Source: Acidobacteriota bacterium
GTDB taxonomy: Bacteria > Acidobacteriota > CAIWXX01
Direction: 5' to 3'
NCBI GenBank assembly: GCA_040755995.1
Contig: JBFMAF010000023.1
Span: forward strand, 128,001-192,000
DNA length: 64,000 bases
Shown here one piece after another: positions 19,274-28,664 of this stretch (the stretch's first letter is position 1; each line of letters starts with the position of its first letter). The position numbers and the translations under genes were made by a program. The notes under the pieces are model-generated. The model saw only the letters and a program-made list of their open reading frames with translations, was not told the origin of the DNA and made no database searches.

Positions 19274-19762
19274 ATGGTGATCCTGGTCGACTCCCGCGAG
19301 CAGGCGCCCTACACCTTCGCGCCCTACGGCGCCGCGCCGGCAACCGCGACCTTGCCGGCGGGAGACTACAGTCTCGGGGGCTTCGCCGATCGCGTGGGAG
19401 TCGAGAGGAAGGAACTTGACGACCTGGTCGCGTGTCTCATTGGCACCAACCGCGAGCGATTCGAGCGGGAGCTACAGCGTCTCTCTCGCTACGAGCTCGC
19501 GGCCGTGGTGGTCGAGGCGACGCTCGAGGACGTCCGCCAGGGGCGCTACCGATCGCAGATGAATGGGCACGCCGCGGCTCAGAGCATTCTCGCCTTCGAG
19601 GTGCGCTACCGCGTGCCGTTCCTGTTCTGTGGCGATCGCGACGGCGCCGAGTACGTGACCTATTCGCTCCTGGCGAAGTACGCCCGGGAGATCAGCGAGC
19701 GATACAGGGCGCTGGTCAAGGCGGAGCGGGAAGCGGGCGCGGCCGTGGGGATGACGGCATGA
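19274..19762 (+). CDS. ERCC4-domain nuclease
   Basis: ILVDSREQ.P, L.AGDYS, VERKELDDL, RERFEREL.RL, VVVE. Confidence 0.92.
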   Translation: MVILVDSREQAPYTFAPYGAAPATATLPAGDYSLGGFADRVGVERKELDDLVACLIGTNRERFERELQRLSRYELAAVVVEATLEDVRQGRYRSQMNGHAAAQSILAFEVRYRVPFLFCGDRDGAEYVTYSLLAKYAREISERYRALVKAEREAGAAVGMTA

Positions 19763-20052
19763 ACGTTGAGATTAGCCTGAGCGACGCTGATGTCAACCGC
19801 ATCGCGGATGCGCTGGAGCAGAGGCGCAAGGCGCGAGAGCCCAACGACGGCGAACGCCTGCTCACCGTCGCGACGCTCGCAGAGTATCTCAGCGTCAAGC
19901 CCGAGTGGGTGTACGAGCGGACGCATGGTCACGAGATACCCTACTTCAAGGTCGGCAAGTTCCCACGGTTTCGGAAGAGCGAGATAGACAAGTGGCTCGC
20001 CTCGCAGTCGCGGGCGTGCACGGGGAGTGTCAACCTCCGCCGGATCAAGTGA
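19759..20052 (+). CDS. Excisionase-like HTH_17 protein
   Basis: LLTVATLAEYLSVKPEWVY.....IPYFKVGKFPRFRKSEIDKWL; ATGA overlap with the ERCC4 stop. Confidence 0.88.
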   Translation: MNVEISLSDADVNRIADALEQRRKAREPNDGERLLTVATLAEYLSVKPEWVYERTHGHEIPYFKVGKFPRFRKSEIDKWLASQSRACTGSVNLRRIK

Positions 20053-20207
20053 GACCCTCGGTTTGTATAGCCAGAGTGCCGGGCCTAACCTACTGACAGG
20101 CAAGCGGAATTGACGGCATTGTACAGTGAGTGTGCAGTCTCCAGAGGTTCCGAGGGCTTGACAGAACTTATAAATTGTCTTATATCTTGTCTGGAGGTAG
20201 TGAAACA

Positions 20208-20447
20208 GTGAAACAGCAGATCAGACCCGAACAGATCAAACTGCTTCGTGAGCGTCTCGGGCTCACACAGGAACAGCTTGCGCATGAGCTGGGCGTCACC
20301 TTCTACTCCGTCAACCGATGGGAGAACGGCGCCGTCAAACCGTCTCCCCTGGCGGTCTCGGCAATCCGCAACTTCGCGATCGCACACGGCGTGAACGTCG
20401 ACACGATCGGCCCTGTGGTGAAGATGCCCAGGGCACGGAGGAAGTGA
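20208..20447 (+). CDS. XRE-family HTH regulator
   Basis: IKLLRERLGLTQEQLAHELGVTFYSVNRWENG..KPS; upstream TTGACA-17-TATATC with TTGTC repeats and GGAGGT RBS. Confidence 0.9.
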   Translation: MKQQIRPEQIKLLRERLGLTQEQLAHELGVTFYSVNRWENGAVKPSPLAVSAIRNFAIAHGVNVDTIGPVVKMPRARRK

Positions 20448-20448
20448 C

Positions 20449-21522
20449 ATGGGCGAGGAACAACGCGAGAAGCACCGCGGTATATACAGACGGGAAGGCT
20501 CGCCGTATCTCTGGCTCAGGTACGCGGACGCGCAGGGCAAGATGAGGTTCGAGTCTGCCGGAACTACGAGCATGAGGAAGGCTATCTCCCTGCTTGCCGA
20601 CAAGAGGCATGCCGTGGGCAAGGGAGAAGAACCGAGCCCCGAACGAGTAGCACGGAACGTGCTCTTCTCCGAGCTGGCGGACAAGTTCCTCGAATGGGCT
20701 CCACGTCTTCGATCATTCGATTCTGTGAAGTACAGAGTCTCGGAACTGACGCAGGAGTTCGGCAGTTGGCCCGTGCGGTCGATTCGAGTCGCCGACGTTG
20801 AGGCGTGGATGACGCGGAAGCAGTCAACCGGCGTGCGGCCGGCGACCACGAACCGCCTTCTGTCAGTTTTCAAGCGCATGCTCGCGAAGGGCGAAATGTG
20901 GAACACGGTAATGCACAGTCAACTTGACGTGATCAGGAAGGTGAAGCCGCTACCCGGCGAGGAAGAGCGTGAGCGATACATGTCCTACGAAGAGGAAGAC
21001 AGACTGCTCGCGGTCGCAAGCCCGCATCTCCGCGAGGTGATACAAGTCGCCGTGCACACCGGCTTGAGGCGTGGTGAGCTGCTCGCGTTGAAGTGGGAAG
21101 ACGTGGACCTTGAGAGAAGCTTCCTCCGCGTTCGGACATCAAAGAACGACAGGCCGCGTTCGGTTCCGCTTGATGGAGACGTGAAGGCGGTCCTGTCCGC
21201 GATGCTGTCACGGAGACGCTTGGACGTTTCCGATGTATTCACCTACAAGGGTCGAGGCGGGATCAAGGGTATCAAGACAGCGTGGAACAAGGCATGTAGG
21301 AAGGCCGGCATCAGCGATCTTCACTTCCATGATCTGAGGCACACCTTCGCGAGCCGGCTCGTCCAGGCTGGCGTGAGCCTGTACGCGGTCGCCAAGCTGC
21401 TAGGTCACAGCAAGGCGACGAGGGTCACGGAGCGATACGCGCATCTCGCGCCGGAAGGTCTCGCCGAAGATGTGAAGGTCCTGGAGCGCAGGAACGGGGC
21501 GGCGTTGAGACTGGCGAAGTGA
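20449..21522 (+). CDS. int: Tyrosine recombinase / integrase
   Basis: TGLRRGEL, TSKN, FHDLRHTFASRL, LLGHS and RYAH catalytic motifs; ends 74 bp from the att site. Confidence 0.96.
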   Translation: MGEEQREKHRGIYRREGSPYLWLRYADAQGKMRFESAGTTSMRKAISLLADKRHAVGKGEEPSPERVARNVLFSELADKFLEWAPRLRSFDSVKYRVSELTQEFGSWPVRSIRVADVEAWMTRKQSTGVRPATTNRLLSVFKRMLAKGEMWNTVMHSQLDVIRKVKPLPGEEERERYMSYEEEDRLLAVASPHLREVIQVAVHTGLRRGELLALKWEDVDLERSFLRVRTSKNDRPRSVPLDGDVKAVLSAMLSRRRLDVSDVFTYKGRGGIKGIKTAWNKACRKAGISDLHFHDLRHTFASRLVQAGVSLYAVAKLLGHSKATRVTERYAHLAPEGLAEDVKVLERRNGAALRLAK

Positions 21523-21595
21523 GTCTCACTAGACACCAGGTGTACACTGGTCACAGGTCTTATAGGATGTGGTCGCCGGAAGTACTTGAAAGGAA

Positions 21596-21670
21596 TGGTG
21601 GGCGGTACAGGGTTCGAACCTGTGGCCCCCGGCGTGTAAGACCAGTGCTCTACCGCTGAGCTAACCGCCC
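21596..21670 (-). tRNA. tRNA-Val (anticodon TAC)
   Basis: GGGCGGT/ACCGCCC acceptor stem, D arm GCTC/GAGC, CTTACAC anticodon loop, TTCGAAC T loop, encoded CCA. Confidence 0.97.
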
Positions 21671-21682
21671 GCGCACGGTGGT

Positions 21683-21711
21683 ATTGTCATCCACGCTGAG
21701 AGACGTGTCAA
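21683..21711 (-). promoter_or_regulatory. tRNA promoter
   Basis: TTGACA-17 nt-GACAAT on the minus strand just upstream of the tRNA. Confidence 0.65.
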
Positions 21712-21714
21712 TCG

Positions 21715-22584
21715 CTACCTCGCACCCGCATCGGTGACCATGCCGAGAGATGGGTTGCACCTGCGGGGTCGTTTGAAGCCGGCGGCCCGGAGCAGCGCCG
21801 CACAGATCAGCACGATGCCGAAGGTCACAACGATCGCAGCGCCGGTGGGAAGGTCCAGCCAGAAGCTGGCGGCAATCCCGAGCGTACTGACGACGGTGCC
21901 TGTGACCCAGCCGATCGCCAGCCTGCATCCGATCCGCTCGGCGAACAGCATCGCGGTCACCGAAGGGACGATCAGGTAGGAGAATACGAGCAGCACGCCC
22001 GCGATTGCTACCGATGAGGTCACCACGAAGCCAAACGAAACATAAAACAGGAAGTCCCAGAAGCGGACGGCGATGCCTTCCCTTTCCGCCGCATCCGCGT
22101 CCATCGAGATCTTCAGGAATTGCTTTCGGAACACCCAATGAAACAGGCCGATTGCGGCATACAGACCCGCTGTCTTCCAGACCTCGGGCCACGAAACCAC
22201 CAGGATGTTGCCAACCAACATGTCCTTGATGTGCTCCGCTCCCTCCGGCGCCTTGCTCATCGCCAGAATCGCCGCCGCCGCGCTCACGGCGTAGGTGATC
22301 CCGATGAATGCTTCCTGAGGGATCTTCCCCTGGTGCATGCGAGTCAGCGCGAACAGCGCGGCGCCGAGGAAGGTGAAGCCCAGTGAGAACCAGTAGCTCC
22401 CCGGGCCATGCAGCGCAAACCCCATCAGGAAGCCGATCGTGGTCCCGAAGGCGGCGATCTGGGCGAGGGCGAGGTCGACGAAGATTACCCCGCGCTCCAC
22501 CACGTGCACTCCGAGATAGGCGTGTATCCCCGTGAGGATCAGGCTGGCGATGAACGGCGCAAGCAGAAACTGCAGAATGTCCAT
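21715..22584 (-). CDS. Metal (Zn/Mn) ABC-type permease
   Basis: YLGVHVVERGVIFVDLALAQIAA, EAFIGITY, GVLLVFSYLIVP. Confidence 0.9.
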   Translation of the reverse strand: MDILQFLLAPFIASLILTGIHAYLGVHVVERGVIFVDLALAQIAAFGTTIGFLMGFALHGPGSYWFSLGFTFLGAALFALTRMHQGKIPQEAFIGITYAVSAAAAILAMSKAPEGAEHIKDMLVGNILVVSWPEVWKTAGLYAAIGLFHWVFRKQFLKISMDADAAEREGIAVRFWDFLFYVSFGFVVTSSVAIAGVLLVFSYLIVPSVTAMLFAERIGCRLAIGWVTGTVVSTLGIAASFWLDLPTGAAIVVTFGIVLICAALLRAAGFKRPRRCNPSLGMVTDAGAR

Positions 22585-22598
22585 GTGTCTCCCCGTCT

Positions 22599-22623
22599 GT
22601 AGGGGCGAGCGGTGCTCGCCCCC
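22599..22623 (+). repeat. GTAG-type REP-like hairpin
   Basis: GTA-GGGGCGAGC-GGT-GCTCGCCCC; weaker GTAG hairpins near 12860, 14623 and 54404. Confidence 0.5.
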
Positions 22624-22744
22624 CTCTTCTTCAATTCAATCCACTTCCTCGGGTATCGAGGTTGTGAGGCAAGTGACGCCGACTCCCGAGAGTCATCGAG
22701 TCGGAGCGGCGATGCGCAGCCCGCCCTGTTCATCTCTGCTACAG

Positions 22745-23695
22745 TCAAGCCGCCGGCCTGGGCGGCTTGTACCCCGTCTCGGCGAACGCCTTCGTAAGCA
22801 GCGCGAGATCGTAGTCGAAGAGCCCGATGTAGTCCTTGATCTGGTCGTTCCCACCAACCGACGGGGGCATGACCACGACACGGGCTCCCGTCTCACGCGC
22901 GATGGCGTTGGGGGTCTGCAGGTCGAAGTAGGGCTCGATGAGGATGACTTTGATCCCTCTTTCTCTCATTGTCCGGATCAGCTCCAGAGTGTGCGCGGGC
23001 GAAGGCGGCACCCCGGGCTTTGGTTCGACATAGCCGGCAACCCGCAGATTGAAGCGCTTCGCGAAGTTGGGCCAGGAGTTGTGGTACGTGACGATCTCCG
23101 CTCCGGCATAGGGCCTCATCATCTCGACCCACTCGGCCGTCTTCTGATCGAGCTGTTTCAGGAAGGAGTCGAGCCGTCCCTGGAAGAACGCCGCATCGTT
23201 GGGCTGCAGCGATGAGAGCTTCGCGGCGATCGAGCGAGCGATCGCCCTGCCGTTCTCGGGCTCGAGCCAGTAGTGCGGATTACCCAGCGGGTGTACGTCG
23301 CCCTCGGCGCGGGACACCGCGCCGGCCGGTCGTTCGAGTATCTCGCACCCTTGCGAGACGTCGAGGTAGCCGGTGCCGAGGAGCTTCGGGTTGCGGCACT
23401 GTTGAACGAGAGACGTCAGCCAGCCGACTTCGAGCTCCAGCCCAACGGCGATGAGCAGATCGGCGGTCCGGAGCTTCAACAGGTAACTGGGCTTCGGATC
23501 GACGAAGTGCGGATCCTGGTAGCCTTTGCAGATCGCCGTGACCTCGGCTTTGTCACCGGCAATTGTAGTGGCGATCGACGCCAGATCCTCGGTGGTAGTT
23601 ACTATCGACAGCTTCGCCCACGCCGACGCCGGCGTGGCGATGGCGAGCACGATTGCCATGAGATGCTTCAATTCTTGCCTCCTGCGACTGAGCAT
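22745..23695 (-). CDS. Metal ABC substrate-binding protein (ZnuA/TroA family)
   Basis: QDPHF, GLELE, GDVHPLGNPHYWL, YH, EPKPG.PPSPAH. Confidence 0.92.
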   Translation of the reverse strand: MLSRRRQELKHLMAIVLAIATPASAWAKLSIVTTTEDLASIATTIAGDKAEVTAICKGYQDPHFVDPKPSYLLKLRTADLLIAVGLELEVGWLTSLVQQCRNPKLLGTGYLDVSQGCEILERPAGAVSRAEGDVHPLGNPHYWLEPENGRAIARSIAAKLSSLQPNDAAFFQGRLDSFLKQLDQKTAEWVEMMRPYAGAEIVTYHNSWPNFAKRFNLRVAGYVEPKPGVPPSPAHTLELIRTMRERGIKVILIEPYFDLQTPNAIARETGARVVVMPPSVGGNDQIKDYIGLFDYDLALLTKAFAETGYKPPRPAA

Positions 23696-23710
23696 GTCTG
23701 AAATCTGAAA

Positions 23711-24853
23711 TCAAAACGGATGGGCACCGTGTGGTCCTATGTTGAAGGTAAGCTTGACGAAGTGGGCCCATTCTTTCTTCCCGTCGAAGCGCTTCACGTA
23801 ACGGCTCTGGAAGCTGAGAAGGCTGAACTCCGACGGCGTGAACGTGATGTACGCGAGCCCGCCTCGTTCGCTCGCCGATGCGTCGCCCGGACGCTCAGAC
23901 TGGTCGAAACGAGCGCCGGTGTGCCAGCGGCGGGAGAACTGGAAGTCCACATAGCTGAACATCCCCCAGCTCGACACGGTCGATCCGGGCTGCGTCTCCA
24001 TGCGTTCGACGAGTACTTCCGTCTGCCACATGAAAGATCGATAGATCGCCCGCCGCGGGTTCTTCCAGCGCAGAGTCACATCGGTGTTGTAGATGTTGGT
24101 GGCCTGCAGGCCCGAGGCGTCGTTCACACCGCGCACGTAGCTGAAGCCGGCGGCGATGTTGCTGCTCTCGGTGAGATCGCGGTAGGTCGATGCACGCAGC
24201 GTGTACCCGAGATCGCCGCGCTTGCCGCCGGCCACGAGCTCGCCGTCGCTCTCGTATCCGAAGCTGGGACTCTCATTGAAGTTGTTGGTGACTTCGAAAT
24301 CGAGGTTGAGATACAGAGAGGAGAGCGGGACGAGGTAGCTCGCGGAAGCGCCGATCCCGGAGAGCCCGTCCTCCCCGAGAAACTCGACCGTCGCCAGCGG
24401 GCGATCCGCGAAAACAGTTTCCGGCGGATGAGTGCGATTGAACTTGCCGATGTTGGATCTGAACTTGCCGGCCTTGATCGACAAGCCACCGGGCAGGGCC
24501 AGGAATGTGATGTACCCCTCTTCGATCGACGCTCCCTCCTCGTCCACCGCGATGAAGAAATCGCCCCGTGCATACGGGTCCACTACCGCCTGAAACCCGA
24601 GCTCGGCTTCCTTGAGCCCGAACAGCTCGGGGCTGATCGTCGAGTCGTCGCCCCAGTTGAGCCCGAGGTTTCCGATGACACTGATGTTCGGGTTCATGAG
24701 ATTGCTGCCTTGCTGCGGTGCCCCCGTCTGCGTCTCCGCAACACACGCGCAAGGAAGGCCCAGCACAAGCGAAAAGACCGGGAAAAACGTTCGAGACTGC
24801 AATTCCATTACCTTTCTATTAGACACTGATGGGAATTGTCCCCGCGCCGCCAT
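23711..24853 (-). CDS. Putative outer-membrane beta-barrel of metal uptake operons
   Basis: Signal peptide; NPNISVIG, EAELGF...VDPY, EEGY, GKFNRTH; C-terminal IGPHGAHPF. Confidence 0.75.
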   Translation of the reverse strand: MAARGQFPSVSNRKVMELQSRTFFPVFSLVLGLPCACVAETQTGAPQQGSNLMNPNISVIGNLGLNWGDDSTISPELFGLKEAELGFQAVVDPYARGDFFIAVDEEGASIEEGYITFLALPGGLSIKAGKFRSNIGKFNRTHPPETVFADRPLATVEFLGEDGLSGIGASASYLVPLSSLYLNLDFEVTNNFNESPSFGYESDGELVAGGKRGDLGYTLRASTYRDLTESSNIAAGFSYVRGVNDASGLQATNIYNTDVTLRWKNPRRAIYRSFMWQTEVLVERMETQPGSTVSSWGMFSYVDFQFSRRWHTGARFDQSERPGDASASERGGLAYITFTPSEFSLLSFQSRYVKRFDGKKEWAHFVKLTFNIGPHGAHPF

Positions 24854-24880
24854 CGGCGCTATGAAAATGAGCAGCGAAGG

Positions 24881-25232
24881 TCAGGCCGAAGGTGGAGCGC
24901 GGGAGCGAGGGGCGGCTGGCCAGAGCGGACTGTATCCATTCCCACGATCGGGGAGGAGCGGACTCGCTGCAGCGGGCGCAGGACGAATCGCGAGGGAATC
25001 ACGCGGGACGGACGGGGCGCTATGGTTCCATGCACATGTCGCGCATTCATCGTGGTGCTGATGATCGTCCGATCCGGAGAAATCCCAGTGCGTGCCTATG
25101 TCGCGCGGATGGACGTTCACGACCGTGCGACGAACGTGGCCGTGATACGCTCCGATTAGCGCGACCGCGGTGTAGAGGCACGCCAGGAGCGCAGCGGCAG
25201 TGTGCCAACGGCGTCGCCTGGAATGCTCAGTC
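24881..25232 (-). CDS. Small His/Cys-rich membrane protein (DUF2946-like); start uncertain
   Basis: TM segment, YHGH, DHQHHDECATC, C-terminal SRAPP. Confidence 0.6.
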
Positions 25233-25616
25233 ACCACGAGCGACGGATTATAGGGCCAGCCCGTCGGTCTGTCAACGAGCCCGGGCCGCCCGGCCGCCCG
25301 GCCGCTCACATCCAGGCTTGCAGCTCTTCGCGTCTCGGGGACGCACTGGTTTGACAGGAAGGCGGTGCCGGTCGCCCGGCCCCGCCCCCTGTTTCTCATA
25401 CCCTTGGGTGCCACTAAGAATCATAACGGCCGCCGATCGAGTAGTCAATCCTTCCCGCAATCCATTCTACCCGGCGCTCGGGCGGCAGGAAGGCTGGGCG
25501 GACAATCATCGTCGCAGCCCTGATCGACGAGCTCCTTGACACAGGCGGCAGTCGCGATGCTAAGATGTCGGCCAGAAGCCGGAGGGCGAGCTACTCAATC
25601 GAGCGAGGAGGTCAAG

Positions 25617-26909
25617 ATGCGGGCATTCATTCCATTCGTTATCCTGTGCCTGGCCGCCGGGTTCCTTGCCGCGGCAGAGAACCCATGCGTCGTCTGCCAC
25701 GAGAAAGAAAAAGTGGCGCGGGCGGCGCTAAGGGATTGGAAGACGTCGAAACACGCGGCCCAAGGGATCGCGTGTGATACGTGCCACCTCACGGGAGACC
25801 AGAAGGCGGCAACCTCGAAGTGCCCGACGTTGGGTGTCAGCAGGTCGGTGTCGGCGACGGCGTGCGCGGCTTGCCACGAGCAGCAGGCCACGCAGTTCGC
25901 CAACGGCAAGCACGCTCTCGCGTGGGTTGCGATGAACGCCATGCCCACCACGGGAACGCAGCCCGTCGAGATCCGTGAAGGACTGAAGGGATGCGGCGGC
26001 TGCCACCGGATCGGCCTCGATGGCGGCAAGTGCGACTCCTGCCACACACGCCACCGGTTTGCCGCCGCCGAGGCGCGACGCGCCGAGGCCTGCCGCACCT
26101 GCCACATGGGCTTCGATCACCCCCAATGGGAGATGTACTCCACCTCGAAGCACGGCTCGATCTACGAGCTCGAGAGCAGCAACACCGACTGGGAGAAGCC
26201 GCTTTCAACTCTGTATGACGGCTCCACCACACCGGGACCCGATCATCCGCGAGCCCCCGTGTGCGCGTCGTGCCACATGCCCGAAGGCGACCACGGTGTC
26301 GTGACGGCCTGGGGGTTCCTCGCGGTGCGCCTCCCCGAGGACGACGCGGAATGGATGAAAGACCGCGCAACCATCCTTCAAGGACTGGGGGTGCTGGATG
26401 ACAAGGGCAACCCGACAGACCGCTTCAACGTCGTGCAGGCGGGGAAAGTGGCGCGACTGACCAAGGAGGACTTCGCCGCCGCCCGGAACGAGATGATCGC
26501 GGCGTGCACAAGGTGCCACACGAAATCGTGGGCCGAGACCGAGATGGCGAAAGGAGACAAGGTGGTCCGAGACTCGGATGCGCTCATGGCCGCGGCCGTG
26601 AGAGAGGTCGATGAGCTGTACAAAGAGGGCATTCTGAAACGCCCGGCCGACGTGCCCTTCAGCGTCGATCTGCTGAGGTTCTACGAGAACCGCTCGCCCA
26701 TCGAGCAGAAGCTCTGGACGATGTTCCTCGAGCACCGCATGCGCGCGTTCCAGGGGGCGTTCCACATGAACCCGGACTACCAGCACTGGTACGGGTGGGC
26801 CGAGCTCAAGCGCGATTTGTACGAGATAAAGGACGAGGCCGCCTCGATGAGGCGCGCGCATACGATCGAGTCGGTCCTGGAAACAGGCGGGGAGGAACCG
26901 AAGAAATAG
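25617..26909 (+). CDS. Octaheme cytochrome c, hydroxylamine-oxidoreductase family
   Basis: Signal peptide; 8 CxxCH motifs; CHTRHRF, CHMGFDHPQWEMY..SKHG, GAFHMNPDY.HWYGW. Confidence 0.92.
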   Translation: MRAFIPFVILCLAAGFLAAAENPCVVCHEKEKVARAALRDWKTSKHAAQGIACDTCHLTGDQKAATSKCPTLGVSRSVSATACAACHEQQATQFANGKHALAWVAMNAMPTTGTQPVEIREGLKGCGGCHRIGLDGGKCDSCHTRHRFAAAEARRAEACRTCHMGFDHPQWEMYSTSKHGSIYELESSNTDWEKPLSTLYDGSTTPGPDHPRAPVCASCHMPEGDHGVVTAWGFLAVRLPEDDAEWMKDRATILQGLGVLDDKGNPTDRFNVVQAGKVARLTKEDFAAARNEMIAACTRCHTKSWAETEMAKGDKVVRDSDALMAAAVREVDELYKEGILKRPADVPFSVDLLRFYENRSPIEQKLWTMFLEHRMRAFQGAFHMNPDYQHWYGWAELKRDLYEIKDEAASMRRAHTIESVLETGGEEPKK

Positions 26910-26925
26910 CGCCCGTATCAATCGC

Positions 26926-27822
26926 TCATTTCTGCGAATGACGGCGCCGGACGTCAAGCAGGAGCGATTCCGCTTGCTTCTGCCGCGGCCCTGGCTGCGA
27001 CGCCAGCCGGCTCAGATGCGCGACGGCCCTCGCCTGCTGATTGCCTTTGAGCAGAGCCAACGCCAGGTACCATCGAGTGTCGAAATCAGACTGAGGCGCA
27101 CTCAGAGAGAGCGCCCGTTCCAACACCGGTATGGCCGATGAGACCTTGCCCTCAAGAAGGAGAGAGACGCCGAGGTAATAGCCGGCGCGCGAGTCACGTG
27201 GATTGAGCTCAAGAAAGCGCGTGAGGTTCCGAGCTGCCGCAGCGTAGTCATCCGTCAGATAGGGCTCCATTGCCTTGTCGAGCTCGCGAGCACTCTTGTC
27301 GGTCGTGGGTCCCCCATCTCGCCAGATCAGCTCGTCTTCCGGACTGGTCGAAGGGGCGTACGGAGCCTTCGCCACCGCCATGTCCCGCCAGGGATTGGCC
27401 GCTTCCACAGGTGTCGTAGTTACGTGCGGCACTTGCGCCTGCTGTTCCGGGGTGCCAGCGGGCGGCCTGGCCGGCCATACCCAGAGGATGGTCGCGGACG
27501 CGACGATCACTGCAGCCGCGGCCGCAAAGATAGCAGGCCGGAACGCCCATCGAACCGCGCGAGACAGCGGAATCGGCTCCCGTTTCACCGCGCGACCATC
27601 TCCAACCATCAGCTCAACAAACTCCCGCGCGTCGCGTGCGGCATCGAGGCACCGACGGCACTGGACCAGGTGCGAGCGCACTCGCCCGCTCCGTGTCTCA
27701 TCCAAACGTCCCAGGTAGAATTCGGCCAGCGTCTCTGCGGACGGGCACGAATCGACAACACTCGCGGAGTGAGCAGCGATCGCCGCTGCAACGTATTCGC
27801 GCATTGCCGGCGGACGGCTCAC
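26926..27822 (-). CDS. Anti-sigma factor (zinc-finger HxxxCxxC, TM, TPR)
   Basis: CPSAETL...SHLVQCRRC, TM helix, TPR C-terminus; GTGA overlap with the sigma gene. Confidence 0.85.
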   Translation of the reverse strand: MSRPPAMREYVAAAIAAHSASVVDSCPSAETLAEFYLGRLDETRSGRVRSHLVQCRRCLDAARDAREFVELMVGDGRAVKREPIPLSRAVRWAFRPAIFAAAAAVIVASATILWVWPARPPAGTPEQQAQVPHVTTTPVEAANPWRDMAVAKAPYAPSTSPEDELIWRDGGPTTDKSARELDKAMEPYLTDDYAAAARNLTRFLELNPRDSRAGYYLGVSLLLEGKVSSAIPVLERALSLSAPQSDFDTRWYLALALLKGNQQARAVAHLSRLASQPGPRQKQAESLLLDVRRRHSQK

Positions 27823-28433
27823 AGCTCCCCCTCGGGCTGATAGCTCAGAACCCTGCGCAGGCTCTTCTTGGCTTGCGCCAGATGATTTCTCACCGTGTGC
27901 GCGCTCAGGCGCAGTGTAGCCGCGATTTCGTCGTATGACATCTCCTCCTTCACCCGCAGGACCACGCACTGCCGCTGCTGATCGGGAAGCTCCTCGATGG
28001 CTCTCCACAGTGGTTCCAGAAGGTCCTTCGCCAGCGCATCGGCGTCGGGCGAAGGACGAGTGTCTGCCAGCCTCTCCACGCAATCACCTCCGTCCCCAGC
28101 CGCCTCGACTCCTCCCGCTCGCGCGTGTGCGGTCATCCGCACGTTTCTTGCGATCGTGAACAGCCACGGCAGAAACCTATCTTCCTGCTCGAGTTGCCTC
28201 ACACCGAGATAGACCCGCGAGAGCGTCGTTTGTACTAGGTCCTCGGCATCCTCCATCGCGCTTCCATGCCGGCGAAAATACTGCAGCAGCCTCGGGCGCA
28301 ATCGTTGGTCAATCTCGCGGAAACACGATTCGGCGTCGACACCTGCGCGCGCCTTGCGCACAGCCTCCGCCAGGCCCTCATCCACAGACAGGTCTGCCCT
28401 GGAATGCTGTTCAGTCGACCGCTTCTCGTCCAT
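27819..28433 (-). CDS. ECF RNA polymerase sigma factor
   Basis: AEDLVQ, FLPWLFTIARN, LPDQQR...SYDEIAATL.LS..TVRNHL. Confidence 0.92.
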   Translation of the reverse strand: MDEKRSTEQHSRADLSVDEGLAEAVRKARAGVDAESCFREIDQRLRPRLLQYFRRHGSAMEDAEDLVQTTLSRVYLGVRQLEQEDRFLPWLFTIARNVRMTAHARAGGVEAAGDGGDCVERLADTRPSPDADALAKDLLEPLWRAIEELPDQQRQCVVLRVKEEMSYDEIAATLRLSAHTVRNHLAQAKKSLRRVLSYQPEGEL

Positions 28434-28664
28434 GACGCGAGTGGACCTTTCTTCTCGCGGGATGCCCACACGACTTATATGCGGATGCCGCGCAAAACAC
28501 AAGAGCTGGCGATGTCGAGGCGCGGCCTCTGACCGACCAGTTCCTGACGTACCTGTACCCGTGCCCGGTCGGGGCCGCAATCGGGAACGGGTACGGGAAG
28601 GAAGGCATGAGTCGCGGGATCGACCTATTGGCCGGTGCGTTTCGCCACCGGCGACGCCGAAGGA

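Larger units (their letters stand above)
14706..21644. mobile_element. 6.9-kb tRNA-Val-integrated element, phage-satellite-like
   Basis: 49-bp att repeats 6890 bp apart; integrase next to the tRNA; Xis, XRE, primase-polymerase and TerS-like genes; no structural or conjugation genes. Confidence 0.92.
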
